Translations under genes and position numbers: made by a program
Shown here: positions 37,336 to 46,895 of the stretch, piece by piece
Layout of the letters: each line of letters begins with the position of its first letter
Numbering within the stretch: the stretch's first letter is position 1
From: an uncultured Anaerolineae bacterium
GTDB taxonomy: Bacteria > Chloroflexota > Anaerolineae > VGOG01
Length of the DNA stretch: 64,000 nucleotides
Direction: 5' to 3'
NCBI GenBank assembly: GCA_964390805.1
Contig: CAYMKL010000019.1
Coordinates: forward strand, 9,352 to 73,351
The notes under the pieces: model-generated
The model's input: only the letters and a program-made list of their open reading frames with translations
Databases searched by the model: none
What the model was told of the DNA's origin: nothing

Positions 37336-39204
37336 ATGACCCAAGATCAAAATTCAAGACCACCCCTTCGACCGCGCTCAGGGCAAGGCTCAGGACAGGT
37401 CTGGCGTTCTCTTGCTACTTTTCTCGCCGTGGTAGTTATCGTTGTTGTCTATGCCTACGGTTTTCAAGTCACCAAGGTTGACCTGGAAAAACCCAGAGAA
37501 GAGCGACGCCAGACCCAGTTGACCAACATTATCCGTGGCCTGGTACGACCTCGCCTGGTTGAATACGAAGAGGAGCGCCTGGAAATAGACGCGCCGGTCA
37601 TGATGCCCTGTGACGATCAGGTGCCATTGCCGCCGGTGGACACGTCCGGGCGCTACATCGAGCTGACCCCCAATTGTGTGGAGCTGGGGGGAGAAGTGAC
37701 GGTCAGTGGCTACAACTATGAGCCGGGTGAAACGGTGTTTCTGTACTTTGTCCCTGAGGCGGCCAGTATCCACGACCAGGTAGAATTGCGCCTGGCCCAG
37801 GATGCCATTAAAACTGACTCGCAGGGGCAGTTCACCTACGTGGCTGAGATGAGAAAAGACCGGCCATCTGATGAGCCACAGATCGTGCGGGCGGTGACTA
37901 AGATTCGCTCGGGCCTGCCCAAACCCAGCAATACACTGAAGGACACGATTGACAAAATCATCGAAACCGTTTTCCTGGCTCTCATTGCTACTACAATAGG
38001 CACGGCCCTGGCTATTCCCATCAGCTTCTTGGCTGCTCGTAATCTAATGAGCACCATGGTCAGCCCTTTTGGTAGTGTTATGGCTGGCATACTGATCGCG
38101 CCTTTGGGTGGGGCGCTGGGCTTAAGACTGTTTGGCTGGTTGACGGGCTTGGCGGACGACCTGACACAGAATTTAGCCCTGGGCGTGGCCTTGCTAGTAG
38201 CCAGTATAGTTGTTGTGTGGCTGCTCATCAGGTTGCTCTCTCGCGATTATCATGGGCGGTTTGCTGCCTGGCGACGAGGAGGATTGGGCCTGCTGGCCGT
38301 GTCTCTCGTCGCTCTTGCGCTGGGCTTGCTGGCGACATTGGGCATGAAGCTGGGTGTGTGGTTGCAGGCGGAGTTGGGCCCGTTCGGTTTTCTCGGAAAT
38401 TTCGTCTTCATCCTCTCCGATTTGATCGTGACCTTTTTGCCGCTGCTGGGTGGGCTAATCGGGCTGTCCATCTCGAATTCATTGGCCTCTTCACTCTTTG
38501 GCCGCTTCCTGCGCACGGCCAAACCGCCTGTGGCCAAAGCGTTCACAGCAGTTGTCGCTACTTTGGCTGGCGCGTTGCTGGCGGCCACCGTGGTGGCCAT
38601 TGTTGCCTGGCTCTACAAGGTCGAGAACCTGGTCGGATTTGTCGGTGTGCCGGCCGTGGTGGTGGGCGCGTTCTTTCTTGTGATTAGCCTCATCATTGAC
38701 GTGCAGCGGCCTGTGCCCACCGGTACAGTCATCTACAATGTCACTCGCACCATTCTCAATACCTTGCGATCCATTGAGCCGTTGATCATGGTGGTGGCCT
38801 TCGCCGTGTGGGTGGGCATTGGTCCCTTTGCCGGCGTGCTGGCCCTGGCGTTGCACACCATCGCCGCCCTCGGCAAGCTCTATTCGGAGCAAGTGGAGAA
38901 CATCATGGTTGGCCCCATCGAAGCGGTGACGGCCACCGGCGCCAACCGCTTGCAGACCATCGCCTACGCCGTCATCCCCCAGATCGTACCCCCCTACATC
39001 GCCTTCACCATCTATCGTTGGGACATCAACGTGCGCATGTCCACCATCATCGGCTTCGGCGGTGGGGGAGGCATTGGCTTCCTGGTGCAGCAGAACCTGA
39101 ACCTGCTAAAATACCGCGACGCCAGCGTGCAGATGATCGCCATCGCCATCGTGGTGGCCACGCTGGACTTCGCCAGTGCTAAGGTGAGGGAGCGGATTAT
39201 CTAA
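37336..39204 (+). CDS. phnE: PhnE-type ABC permease, unusually long (622 aa) with an N-terminal ~220-aa extracytoplasmic extension and extra TM segments
   Basis: C-terminal YRWDINVRMSTIIGFGGGGGIGFLVQQNLNLLKYRDASVQMIAIAIVVATLDFASAKVRERII is canonical PhnE; total length 2-2.3x typical. Confidence 0.75.
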   Translation: MTQDQNSRPPLRPRSGQGSGQVWRSLATFLAVVVIVVVYAYGFQVTKVDLEKPREERRQTQLTNIIRGLVRPRLVEYEEERLEIDAPVMMPCDDQVPLPPVDTSGRYIELTPNCVELGGEVTVSGYNYEPGETVFLYFVPEAASIHDQVELRLAQDAIKTDSQGQFTYVAEMRKDRPSDEPQIVRAVTKIRSGLPKPSNTLKDTIDKIIETVFLALIATTIGTALAIPISFLAARNLMSTMVSPFGSVMAGILIAPLGGALGLRLFGWLTGLADDLTQNLALGVALLVASIVVVWLLIRLLSRDYHGRFAAWRRGGLGLLAVSLVALALGLLATLGMKLGVWLQAELGPFGFLGNFVFILSDLIVTFLPLLGGLIGLSISNSLASSLFGRFLRTAKPPVAKAFTAVVATLAGALLAATVVAIVAWLYKVENLVGFVGVPAVVVGAFFLVISLIIDVQRPVPTGTVIYNVTRTILNTLRSIEPLIMVVAFAVWVGIGPFAGVLALALHTIAALGKLYSEQVENIMVGPIEAVTATGANRLQTIAYAVIPQIVPPYIAFTIYRWDINVRMSTIIGFGGGGGIGFLVQQNLNLLKYRDASVQMIAIAIVVATLDFASAKVRERII

Positions 39205-39317
39205 GTGGGGTGGCTGGGTTGCCAAATGCTGATTCAAGAGAACGGGGCTGTCCCGGGTTTGGGACAGCCCCGTTTTTGCTTGCGACGTGTCATGCTCTGA
39301 TGGTAGCTCTAATTCGT

Positions 39318-40745
39318 CTAGGGGGGTGGCCGCTGCCATCCGCCTAAAGCACTCTCGATGTGTTGAGCCACCGCCAAAGCCACGTCCTCCCGCCAGGGAC
39401 CAGCCACCACCTGCACACCGATGGGCAGACCTTCGGCTGAACTTCCAGCGCGAACAGCCACGGAAGGCCAGCCAGCCATGCTGTAGGGCTTGGTGTAGGC
39501 GGTCACGCCCTGGGGCGGAAAATCATCGTGCATCGTGGCGCCGTGAGGCAGCGCCGGGTAGGGATCAACAGGGCAAAGGACAACATCATAACGTTCCAGG
39601 AACTCCAGCATCTCGCCCCGGCACAGATCCCACTTCCACGTCCAGGCCAGGAATTCGGAAGCTGACATAAAATCGCCAGGTTGCTCAACTTGGGCTTCCT
39701 GCAGCCAGAGACCGACATGGCGGTGGAGATCGTCAGGGAACATTGGCTTGTCTTCAAGAAACTCTCGGAACATCCCGCATTGCTCTGCCTCCCGATTGGC
39801 GCGCCAAAGAGCGTCTGCGATCTCCATCATCTTGGCGAGACCAGGCGGGCACTCCTCGACCACTGCTATCCCAAGATCAGACAGCACCTGGGCAGCGTTC
39901 CTGACCACCTCCACCGTTGCCGGTGTAGCAGGATAGATACCGTTATAGGTGTGAAATGCTACTCGCAGGCTCTGTAATTCTACCGTCTTGTAATCGCCCA
40001 GTGGCACCGGGACAACCGACGGGTCGAGCCCATCCGGGCCGGAGATGATCTGCAGGGACAAGGCCAGGTCTTCTACAAATCGGGCCATCGGGCCAATACG
40101 CGCAGTGTCGAAGGCGCCGCCGTAGGGTGGGATGTGACCTGTACGCGGCACGCGTCCCATGGTTGGATTCAGGCCAGCGATGCCACACAAATGGGCAGGG
40201 CCTCGGATGCTTCCCCCGAAATCGCTGCCCAAGCCCAAGGGTGACCCACCCGCAGCGATGATAGCCACTTCGCCACCGCTGCTGCCGCCCGTGGACCGAG
40301 TGAGATCATAAGGATTGTTCGTCCGTCCATGCACTTGATTGTCGGTATCGCCGCTCCCGCACAGCTCGGTGCAGTTGGTTTTGCCCAACAGGATAGCGCC
40401 GGCAGCGCGCATGCGCGCCACGGCCGTCGCATCTTGCTGTGGGATGAAATACTTTCGCCCGAGCGTGCCGGCGGTGGTGATCACGCCTTTCACGCACAGC
40501 GAGTCTTTGACCGTCATCGGCACACCATGCAGTGGCCCTTTGACCTCGCCACGGGCCAGCGCGGCATCGAGCTGGCGAGCTTCTGTCCGGGCCTCCTCAT
40601 CCCTCAGTAGCACGACGGCGTTCAGCTTTGGATTCACCTCTGCGATCCGGCGCAAGTGAGCATCCACTACCTCCAGCGAGGAAAGCTCTTTGGCACGGAT
40701 GGCTTCCGCTAACTTCTTTGCCGACCAGTAGAATATCTCATCCAT
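39318..40745 (-). CDS. Amidase signature (AS) family enzyme
   Basis: GGSSGGEVAIIAAGGSPLGLGSDFGGSIRGPA AS motif with Ser-cisSer-Lys triad; AAGGAGG RBS before ATG 40745. Confidence 0.85.
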   Translation of the reverse strand: MDEIFYWSAKKLAEAIRAKELSSLEVVDAHLRRIAEVNPKLNAVVLLRDEEARTEARQLDAALARGEVKGPLHGVPMTVKDSLCVKGVITTAGTLGRKYFIPQQDATAVARMRAAGAILLGKTNCTELCGSGDTDNQVHGRTNNPYDLTRSTGGSSGGEVAIIAAGGSPLGLGSDFGGSIRGPAHLCGIAGLNPTMGRVPRTGHIPPYGGAFDTARIGPMARFVEDLALSLQIISGPDGLDPSVVPVPLGDYKTVELQSLRVAFHTYNGIYPATPATVEVVRNAAQVLSDLGIAVVEECPPGLAKMMEIADALWRANREAEQCGMFREFLEDKPMFPDDLHRHVGLWLQEAQVEQPGDFMSASEFLAWTWKWDLCRGEMLEFLERYDVVLCPVDPYPALPHGATMHDDFPPQGVTAYTKPYSMAGWPSVAVRAGSSAEGLPIGVQVVAGPWREDVALAVAQHIESALGGWQRPPP

Positions 40746-40770
40746 GTACATTCCTCCTTGCCCTCGCTGC

Positions 40771-41619
40771 TCATAACCTCGATCTCGTATCCGACATGTC
40801 CTGCAATCCATCTCCCAGCAGGTTGAAGCCCAATACAGTCAGCACGATGGCCAGGCCGGGGAAGAGAACGATGTGCGGTGCAGCGAAGATTGCGCCGCGC
40901 CCCTGTCCAAGCATGGCTCCCCACTCCGGGGTCGGCGGCTGCGCTCCCAATCCCAGGAAGCTGAGCCCCGCCGCCTCCAGAATCGCGGTGCCAATCCCAA
41001 GCGTTGCCTGTACTTGCAGAGGGATCAAGCAACTGGGCAGGATGTGCCGCCACAACAGGCGACCGGGCGGGACGCCGATGGCTCGCGCTGCCACGATGTA
41101 GTCTCGCTCCTTGGCCGCCAACACGCCGACGCGCATCAGGCGGGCGTAGGTCGGAATGGCGGTGAAGGCCACCGCGTACAGCACGTTGGTCAGCCCGCGG
41201 CCCAGGATGACGATGATGGCAATGGCCAGCAGCAAGGTGGGAAATGCCTGCATCACGTCCATGAGGCTCATGATCAGACCGTCTGCCCAGCTACCCCGAT
41301 AACCGGCCATAGCCCCCAATAACCCGCCTGCGACCACGGCCAGCAAGACGGAGGTCACACCCACTCGCAAGGAGAGCCGAGCACCGCAAATGATCCTGCT
41401 CAGGTTGTCGCGCCCCAGCTCGTCTAGTCCCAGGAGATGCTGGGCGGACGGCGGCTGCCTTCGCTCCAGAAGATGTTGCTCCAAAGGGTCGTGCGGGGCC
41501 AGCTGGGGGGCGAACAGGGCGGTGAGAGAAACACAGGCCAGGATCGCCAGCCCAGCCACGGCTCGCCCATTCCGTAGAAACCAAGGCCAGCGCCCCTTCG
41601 TGTTCAACGTCTCATTCAT
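40771..41619 (-). CDS. ABC transporter permease, DppC/OppC/NikC type
   Basis: Binding-protein-dependent transport motif, 6 TM; overlaps the upstream permease by 8 nt. Confidence 0.85.
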   Translation of the reverse strand: MNETLNTKGRWPWFLRNGRAVAGLAILACVSLTALFAPQLAPHDPLEQHLLERRQPPSAQHLLGLDELGRDNLSRIICGARLSLRVGVTSVLLAVVAGGLLGAMAGYRGSWADGLIMSLMDVMQAFPTLLLAIAIIVILGRGLTNVLYAVAFTAIPTYARLMRVGVLAAKERDYIVAARAIGVPPGRLLWRHILPSCLIPLQVQATLGIGTAILEAAGLSFLGLGAQPPTPEWGAMLGQGRGAIFAAPHIVLFPGLAIVLTVLGFNLLGDGLQDMSDTRSRL

Positions 41620-42631
41620 AGCGGATGCGAGGGTCCAGATAGGCGTAGCAGACGTCGGTCGCCAGGTTGATCAGCACAAAGAGCAGGGCGGCGACCAGCA
41701 CCACGCCCTGGACCATCGGGTAGTCGCGGGCCAGCACCCGGTCCACGATGAGCTGGCCCATGCCAGGCCAGGAAAAGATGGTCTCGGTCAGGATGGCGCC
41801 GGAGAACAGGCTGCCCAGTTGCAGCCCGATCACGGTCAGGATCGGCGGCCAGGCGTTCCTCATGGCGTGACTCCCAAGCACGGCTCGCTCCGACAGGCCC
41901 TTGGCCCGCGCGGTGCGAACGTGGTCCTCAGCCAGTGCATCCAGCAGGCAGGAGCGAGTCATGCGGACGATGACCGCCAGGGGCACCGTGCTCAGCGTTA
42001 TCGCGGGCAGGGCTAGGTGCCGCAGCGCGTCGGCAAGGGCGGTGAGATTGGTGGTGAGAATACTGTCCAGGATGTAGAAGTGAGTGATTGGCTCTAGCTC
42101 GATCCCGATGGTCAGCCGACCGGAAGGGGGCAGCCAGCCCAGCCGGTAGCCAAAGAGATGGCCGAGCAGCAACCCGAGCCAGAACAAAGGCATGGACACC
42201 CCGATCAGCGTCCCCCCGCTGGCGAGCAGGTCAAGGAAGGAATGGCGACGGTAAGCGGCCAGGACGCCGAGAGGTATGCCCACCACACAGGCGATGACCA
42301 TGGCCGCCAAACCTAGCTCAATGGTGGCTGGAAGCCTTTGGGCGAGCTCAGTGATCACCGGCAGGTTGGTCTTGATCGCCTGCCCCCAGTCGCCGCGAAC
42401 AAGGCTCCCCACGTAGCGCAGGTATTGGGCGAGAAGCGGCTGATCCAGCCCCCTTTCCGTCCGGAACCGCTCCACTTGCGCTGCGGTGGCGTGCTCGCCC
42501 AGCATCACCTGCACCGGATCGCCGGGGATGAGCCGCAGCAGGGCGAAGGTGAAGAGCGAGAGGCCCAGCAGTGTGGGCAGTAGCAGGGCCATGCGTCGGG
42601 CGATGTGTCGCGTCACGCTCGATCTCCTCAT
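41612..42631 (-). CDS. ABC transporter permease, DppB/OppB/NikB type
   Basis: N-terminal IARRMALLLPTLLGLSLFTFALLRLIPGDP typical of DppB. Confidence 0.85.
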   Translation of the reverse strand: MRRSSVTRHIARRMALLLPTLLGLSLFTFALLRLIPGDPVQVMLGEHATAAQVERFRTERGLDQPLLAQYLRYVGSLVRGDWGQAIKTNLPVITELAQRLPATIELGLAAMVIACVVGIPLGVLAAYRRHSFLDLLASGGTLIGVSMPLFWLGLLLGHLFGYRLGWLPPSGRLTIGIELEPITHFYILDSILTTNLTALADALRHLALPAITLSTVPLAVIVRMTRSCLLDALAEDHVRTARAKGLSERAVLGSHAMRNAWPPILTVIGLQLGSLFSGAILTETIFSWPGMGQLIVDRVLARDYPMVQGVVLVAALLFVLINLATDVCYAYLDPRIRYE

Positions 42632-42691
42632 AACCCAAACGTGCGACGCGCCTCGGAGGTGCGTCGCACGCTGATCATCGTGCCAGACAAG

Positions 42692-44338
42692 CTATTCCCC
42701 CTTGAAGCCTCCAAAGTAATAGGTCCAGTGAACGAAGCTGCCCGTGTGGCCGACGTGATACGGGTTGTCCTTGTCCCACCAACGCTCGAAGTTAAAAGCC
42801 ACCGCCTCGGCGTCCAGGTCGGTGCCGTCGTGAAACTTGACTCCCTTGCGGAGATGGAAAGTCCACGTCAGCAGGTCATCTGATACCTCCCAGCTTTCCG
42901 CCAGAGCGGGGACGACGTTGGTGGTGCCAGGCTCGAAAGCCACCAGCGGCTCGAAGATCTGGGCGCAAACCATCAGCGACTCGAAGTCGCTCACGTCTAC
43001 GCAGTCCAGGCCCACCGAGTCGCCACTGCGACCGAAGATCAGGCCGTTCTTGCCTTCCACAGAAGCAGGGTAGAAAAACTCCTGGCTGAAGGGACTGGCC
43101 TTAATGCCTTTCACCGTCTTCCTGAAGGCGATGGCCGAGCTGTTGTGAACGATGGGCACGGCGGGGACGTGATCGTGCACAAACTGGTTTGCCTGGTCGT
43201 AGAGGGCCTGCCGCTGAGCCTTGTCAAGGGTCGAGCCGGCCTCCTGCAGCATCTGCACCAACTCAGGGAACTTGAGCCCCAGACTGTCGTCCGATCCAGC
43301 GCCGAAGAACGTGTCCAGGAAATTGATGGCATCGGGGTAATCGGCCATCCAGCCATTCAGGAAGAGATCGGCCTCGCCAGCATAGACCTTGTCCAGGTAA
43401 GTGCCCCAATCCAGAGTCACGATCTCCGCCTGGATGCCCACCGCCGCCAGGTCTGCCTGGAGCACCTCGCCGACCCGGTCGGGGTTGGGGAAATAGGGCC
43501 GCGAGATGGCCATGACCCACAGCGTGGTCTGAAATCCATCGGGGTAGCCAGCCTGGACCAGCAGTGCTCTGGCTTGGTCAGGATCGTAGGGCCAATCCTG
43601 CAATCCGTCAGTGTGGCCAAAGATGTGCGGCGGTACGAACTGGATGGCTGCCTCAGCCGTGGGCGGATAGAAGGCCTGGACGAGCTCTGCCTTGTTGATG
43701 GCCATGGCCACCGCCTGTCGCACCCGCTGGTCGTCGAATGGCTCGTGGGCGCGGTTGATGCCCAGGAAGCCGACGTTGAACGGTGGGCGGAGGTAGACCT
43801 CGATGTTGGGGTCAGCCTGGGCAGCGGGTATGTCGTCGGGGGACAGGTTGTCCACGCCGTCCACAGTGCCGGCCTGAAGCTCCAGGAAGCGGGCGGGGGC
43901 CTCTTTGATGGCGCGATAGGCGAGCGTCTCGAGTTCTGGTTTCTCTCCCCAGTAGTCGTCGTTGCGCTTGAGGGTGATGTGATCGTCCGGCACCCATTCC
44001 ACGAACTTGAAGGGTCCAGTGCCAGCGGGATTACGGATCAGGTCCCCGCCTCCGCCGTACTTCTTGATGTTGGCCGGGCTCTGGGGGCCAAAGGCGGGGA
44101 AGGCCATCTTCTGCAGGAAGGCGGCGTCGGGGCGGTTGAGGGTGAAGCGGATGGTTCGGGGGGCGATGGCTTCGATGGAGGCGAGGAGGCTTTGGGGTGC
44201 GGAGGGAGGTGTGGATGACATGGGTGGTGAGGGAGCAGGAGTTGTGACCGGGAGACAAGAGATGAAAAGAAGGGCCAGGACAAGAACAGCGACCACATTC
44301 CAGAGGTGGGGATTATGAAGACGAGAGAGCATCGTCAC
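42692..44338 (-). CDS. ABC transporter substrate-binding protein, family 5 (peptide/nickel/opine type), lipoprotein-like
   Basis: 548 aa, signal peptide + SBP_bac_5 signature around FHDGTDLDAEAVAFNFERW. Confidence 0.85.
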   Translation of the reverse strand: MTMLSRLHNPHLWNVVAVLVLALLFISCLPVTTPAPSPPMSSTPPSAPQSLLASIEAIAPRTIRFTLNRPDAAFLQKMAFPAFGPQSPANIKKYGGGGDLIRNPAGTGPFKFVEWVPDDHITLKRNDDYWGEKPELETLAYRAIKEAPARFLELQAGTVDGVDNLSPDDIPAAQADPNIEVYLRPPFNVGFLGINRAHEPFDDQRVRQAVAMAINKAELVQAFYPPTAEAAIQFVPPHIFGHTDGLQDWPYDPDQARALLVQAGYPDGFQTTLWVMAISRPYFPNPDRVGEVLQADLAAVGIQAEIVTLDWGTYLDKVYAGEADLFLNGWMADYPDAINFLDTFFGAGSDDSLGLKFPELVQMLQEAGSTLDKAQRQALYDQANQFVHDHVPAVPIVHNSSAIAFRKTVKGIKASPFSQEFFYPASVEGKNGLIFGRSGDSVGLDCVDVSDFESLMVCAQIFEPLVAFEPGTTNVVPALAESWEVSDDLLTWTFHLRKGVKFHDGTDLDAEAVAFNFERWWDKDNPYHVGHTGSFVHWTYYFGGFKGE

Positions 44339-44344
44339 TGCCTT

Positions 44345-45967
44345 TCAGCTGGAGTCGCTCAGTTCCACTGAGGAATCTGGAAAGAAACCTACGAGTTTCT
44401 CCAATAGTGCTTGTCGCTGATTGCGACTCAGCTTTCTCTTACTGGAGCAGTGAGCTACCTCAGAGACCTCGGTGATCAGTGCCTTTGGAGATAATCTAGA
44501 TTTATCAAAGAAATAGACAACACCAAATTCACGGATGGCCTTATCTACACCCTCTGGCGAAGGATAGCTTGTTACCACGATAATCGGAATTCCTTTTTCC
44601 ATCGCTACACGTGCCAGTTCCCACCCTTTCTTGAACTCGCCATCCAATTTCACGTCCAGCAGAAGAACAAAGGGGCTACATTCTTCCAGCTTTCCCAGCG
44701 CTTCCTCGAATGTTCCAGCCTGTTCACACTGATATCCTACCTCCGTTAATATGGAATCCAAGTGCTTTCGGTACCAAGGGTGATCTTCAACGATCAGGAC
44801 CGGTGCTGAAGGCAATGCCAGCGATTCAGATTCGAGTCCTCTAGACGCAGGCCCCTCCTCTGCACCTGTCGTTCTCTCTTCTTTCACTGCCCTGGCACGC
44901 AGTTCCAGGAAATCCAGAGCGTCGCTGCACGAAGTTTGCTCAATCTCCGTTGCAATCCTAGGGGGCAAATCTCGGCCGCCAACAAGCTCACGCTGTTCAG
45001 CAACCAACTTGAGGTCATTGGTACCTAGTGCGATGGCGAGCGCCGGTGGATATTCGCCGATGTCAAAACTCCATTTCTTGGCCTGTTTGACGTGCCTGTC
45101 AAAGAGTGGACGGAAGAAGTCCAGATATGGAACACCGTTCAACTGTTTTGTTGGCACAGCAAAGTACACAGTGCATTCCAGAACTAAGTTTCCGCCCCTA
45201 TTGGCCTTGACCACGAAAGGGTCTTGTACGAAGTAGTGCTTGATCCAATGGCCTAGTGAGACAGGGTTCTTCAGGAAAGTCACTGGCCTCTGTTTGAAGA
45301 TCTTTGCTGGTGCCCGGTTCTTATAGAAGTCCATAGCATCAACCAGGCGGAGTAGCGAGGCCAACAGGCCCACGCGGATCTCCTCTCCGTCATGCGGTAC
45401 CGTTCGGTAGCACCAGCAATCTCGCTCTCTCAAGTCGGCTTTGCCATGCCCTCGGCAAATCGCCATAAGATAGGGCCGGTCGTCATCTGTAATTCCATCA
45501 ATGGGAGTTGTCTCGTAGTGATATATCCAGTAAGCACTGAGGAGACTGTGGGTTTCCCGAATCTGCGCTCCGGTGTCCAGGCCAAAGAGCTGATAGTTCT
45601 CTATTGTATCGCATAGTCCTTGTGGACAAAGAGACAGACGAGCCACCAAATCGGGCAATATGTCTTCCTCAAACGCCTTTCCATCAAAAAACATCCCTAG
45701 ATCATGCAAGTAAGCTGAAGCAGCTAGAAGGAAGGCCTCGTTCGCGCTCAGTTCAAGTCCGAATTCCTTCTTCAGCCGGCCAAGGAGGCGGATGAGATTG
45801 TCAGAGTGCACTTGATTGTGCAGTGTGAATTCGGGCAGAAGAGGGGTGCCCAAACTTGCTATCTCTGCAAGACCCTCTCTTATCTTCTCAATGTCACCGA
45901 CTCGCTCTACACTAAGCCGAGTCAAGATCTTCTTTATCCTGGCCGGCATGTTCCCTGAAGGCGGCAT
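44345..45967 (-). CDS. HD-domain protein with C-terminal response-regulator receiver domain
   Basis: N-terminal H...HD motif (SAYLHDLGMF); C-terminal VLIVEDHPWYRKHLDSIL...VLLLDVKLDG...VVTSYP REC. Confidence 0.6.
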   Translation of the reverse strand: MPPSGNMPARIKKILTRLSVERVGDIEKIREGLAEIASLGTPLLPEFTLHNQVHSDNLIRLLGRLKKEFGLELSANEAFLLAASAYLHDLGMFFDGKAFEEDILPDLVARLSLCPQGLCDTIENYQLFGLDTGAQIRETHSLLSAYWIYHYETTPIDGITDDDRPYLMAICRGHGKADLRERDCWCYRTVPHDGEEIRVGLLASLLRLVDAMDFYKNRAPAKIFKQRPVTFLKNPVSLGHWIKHYFVQDPFVVKANRGGNLVLECTVYFAVPTKQLNGVPYLDFFRPLFDRHVKQAKKWSFDIGEYPPALAIALGTNDLKLVAEQRELVGGRDLPPRIATEIEQTSCSDALDFLELRARAVKEERTTGAEEGPASRGLESESLALPSAPVLIVEDHPWYRKHLDSILTEVGYQCEQAGTFEEALGKLEECSPFVLLLDVKLDGEFKKGWELARVAMEKGIPIIVVTSYPSPEGVDKAIREFGVVYFFDKSRLSPKALITEVSEVAHCSSKRKLSRNQRQALLEKLVGFFPDSSVELSDSS

Positions 45968-45997
45968 ATATGTCCTCCGTGTCCGAAGCTCGCGTGT

Positions 45998-46414
45998 TCA
46001 GACGTCTTTGAAATACTGTGGTGTACGGACAGCTATTGCTACCTCTTGTCTCAGTTCCTCAGCATCGAATTTGTCCTTTGGAATAACATCCCACACACCA
46101 TAGTCCCTAAAAGCCCTGCGCGTGCGTTCCTCCAAGTGGGCAAATGCGCTTAGAACGATAACCCTGTTGCCTGGTAGGATTTGTGCCTGTTGCAGGCCTT
46201 CTACTAGGCGAAAGCCTTCTTCGTCTTTACCTACTCCGGAGACAAGGTCAATGTCAACGATCACCAAGTCGAAGTCTGTATCCCCGAACAATGGTACAGC
46301 TTCGCGCAAGGATTTCGCGGCTTGAATCTCATAGTCCTCACCAAGGGCAAGTTTTACCTCTCTGATCCACTCAGCCTTGTCTTCCAAGTGAAGTATTTGT
46401 TTCCTCAGACTCAT
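45998..46414 (-). CDS. Single-domain response regulator (CheY-like REC)
   Basis: ILHLEDK, DLVIVDIDL (Asp), VLSAF, IPKDKF (Lys). Confidence 0.8.
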   Translation of the reverse strand: MSLRKQILHLEDKAEWIREVKLALGEDYEIQAAKSLREAVPLFGDTDFDLVIVDIDLVSGVGKDEEGFRLVEGLQQAQILPGNRVIVLSAFAHLEERTRRAFRDYGVWDVIPKDKFDAEELRQEVAIAVRTPQYFKDV

Positions 46415-46429
46415 TTGTCACCCTCCTGT

Positions 46430-46891
46430 CTAGTTGCGAGAGAGGATTCTCTCAAGTTCGCGAACACGTTGGTCCATCTGCTTTCGACCATATCGAGGTC
46501 TCTCTACACGATTCAGTCGCTCAGCCCTGGACAGTTCGTCCACCACCAACTGCAGCAATCCCTCGGGGTCATATGGTTTATCGGCACAATCATAAACCCC
46601 TGCCTTGAAGAGGAGGCGCAATTTCTCATTCTCTTGAAAGACAGGAAACATTATCACGAACCGCCATTGCTTGCCGAAAGATTCAATGGTGCTCAAATTG
46701 CTTGTGGCCAAATCCAAGCCGACAAAGATCAGGTCAAAGCCTTGTGACCACTCCTCTGGGAGACACCATTTTCTTACCTCCTCGAAGCTCGTTGCAGTGA
46801 ACACATCATATCGCTCCTGCAGAGCCTCCTGGGCGAATTGAAGCCACTCTAGATGGCGATCAATCAACAGAATGCGTTTCTGAGTAGCCAT
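46430..46891 (-). CDS. Divergent receiver (REC-like) domain protein
   Basis: ILLIDRH, DLIFVGLDL, CADKPY; start at ATG 46891 with GGAGGAGG RBS, 2 nt after the stop of the upstream kinase gene. Confidence 0.55.
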   Translation of the reverse strand: MATQKRILLIDRHLEWLQFAQEALQERYDVFTATSFEEVRKWCLPEEWSQGFDLIFVGLDLATSNLSTIESFGKQWRFVIMFPVFQENEKLRLLFKAGVYDCADKPYDPEGLLQLVVDELSRAERLNRVERPRYGRKQMDQRVRELERILSRN

Positions 46892-46895
46892 CTTC

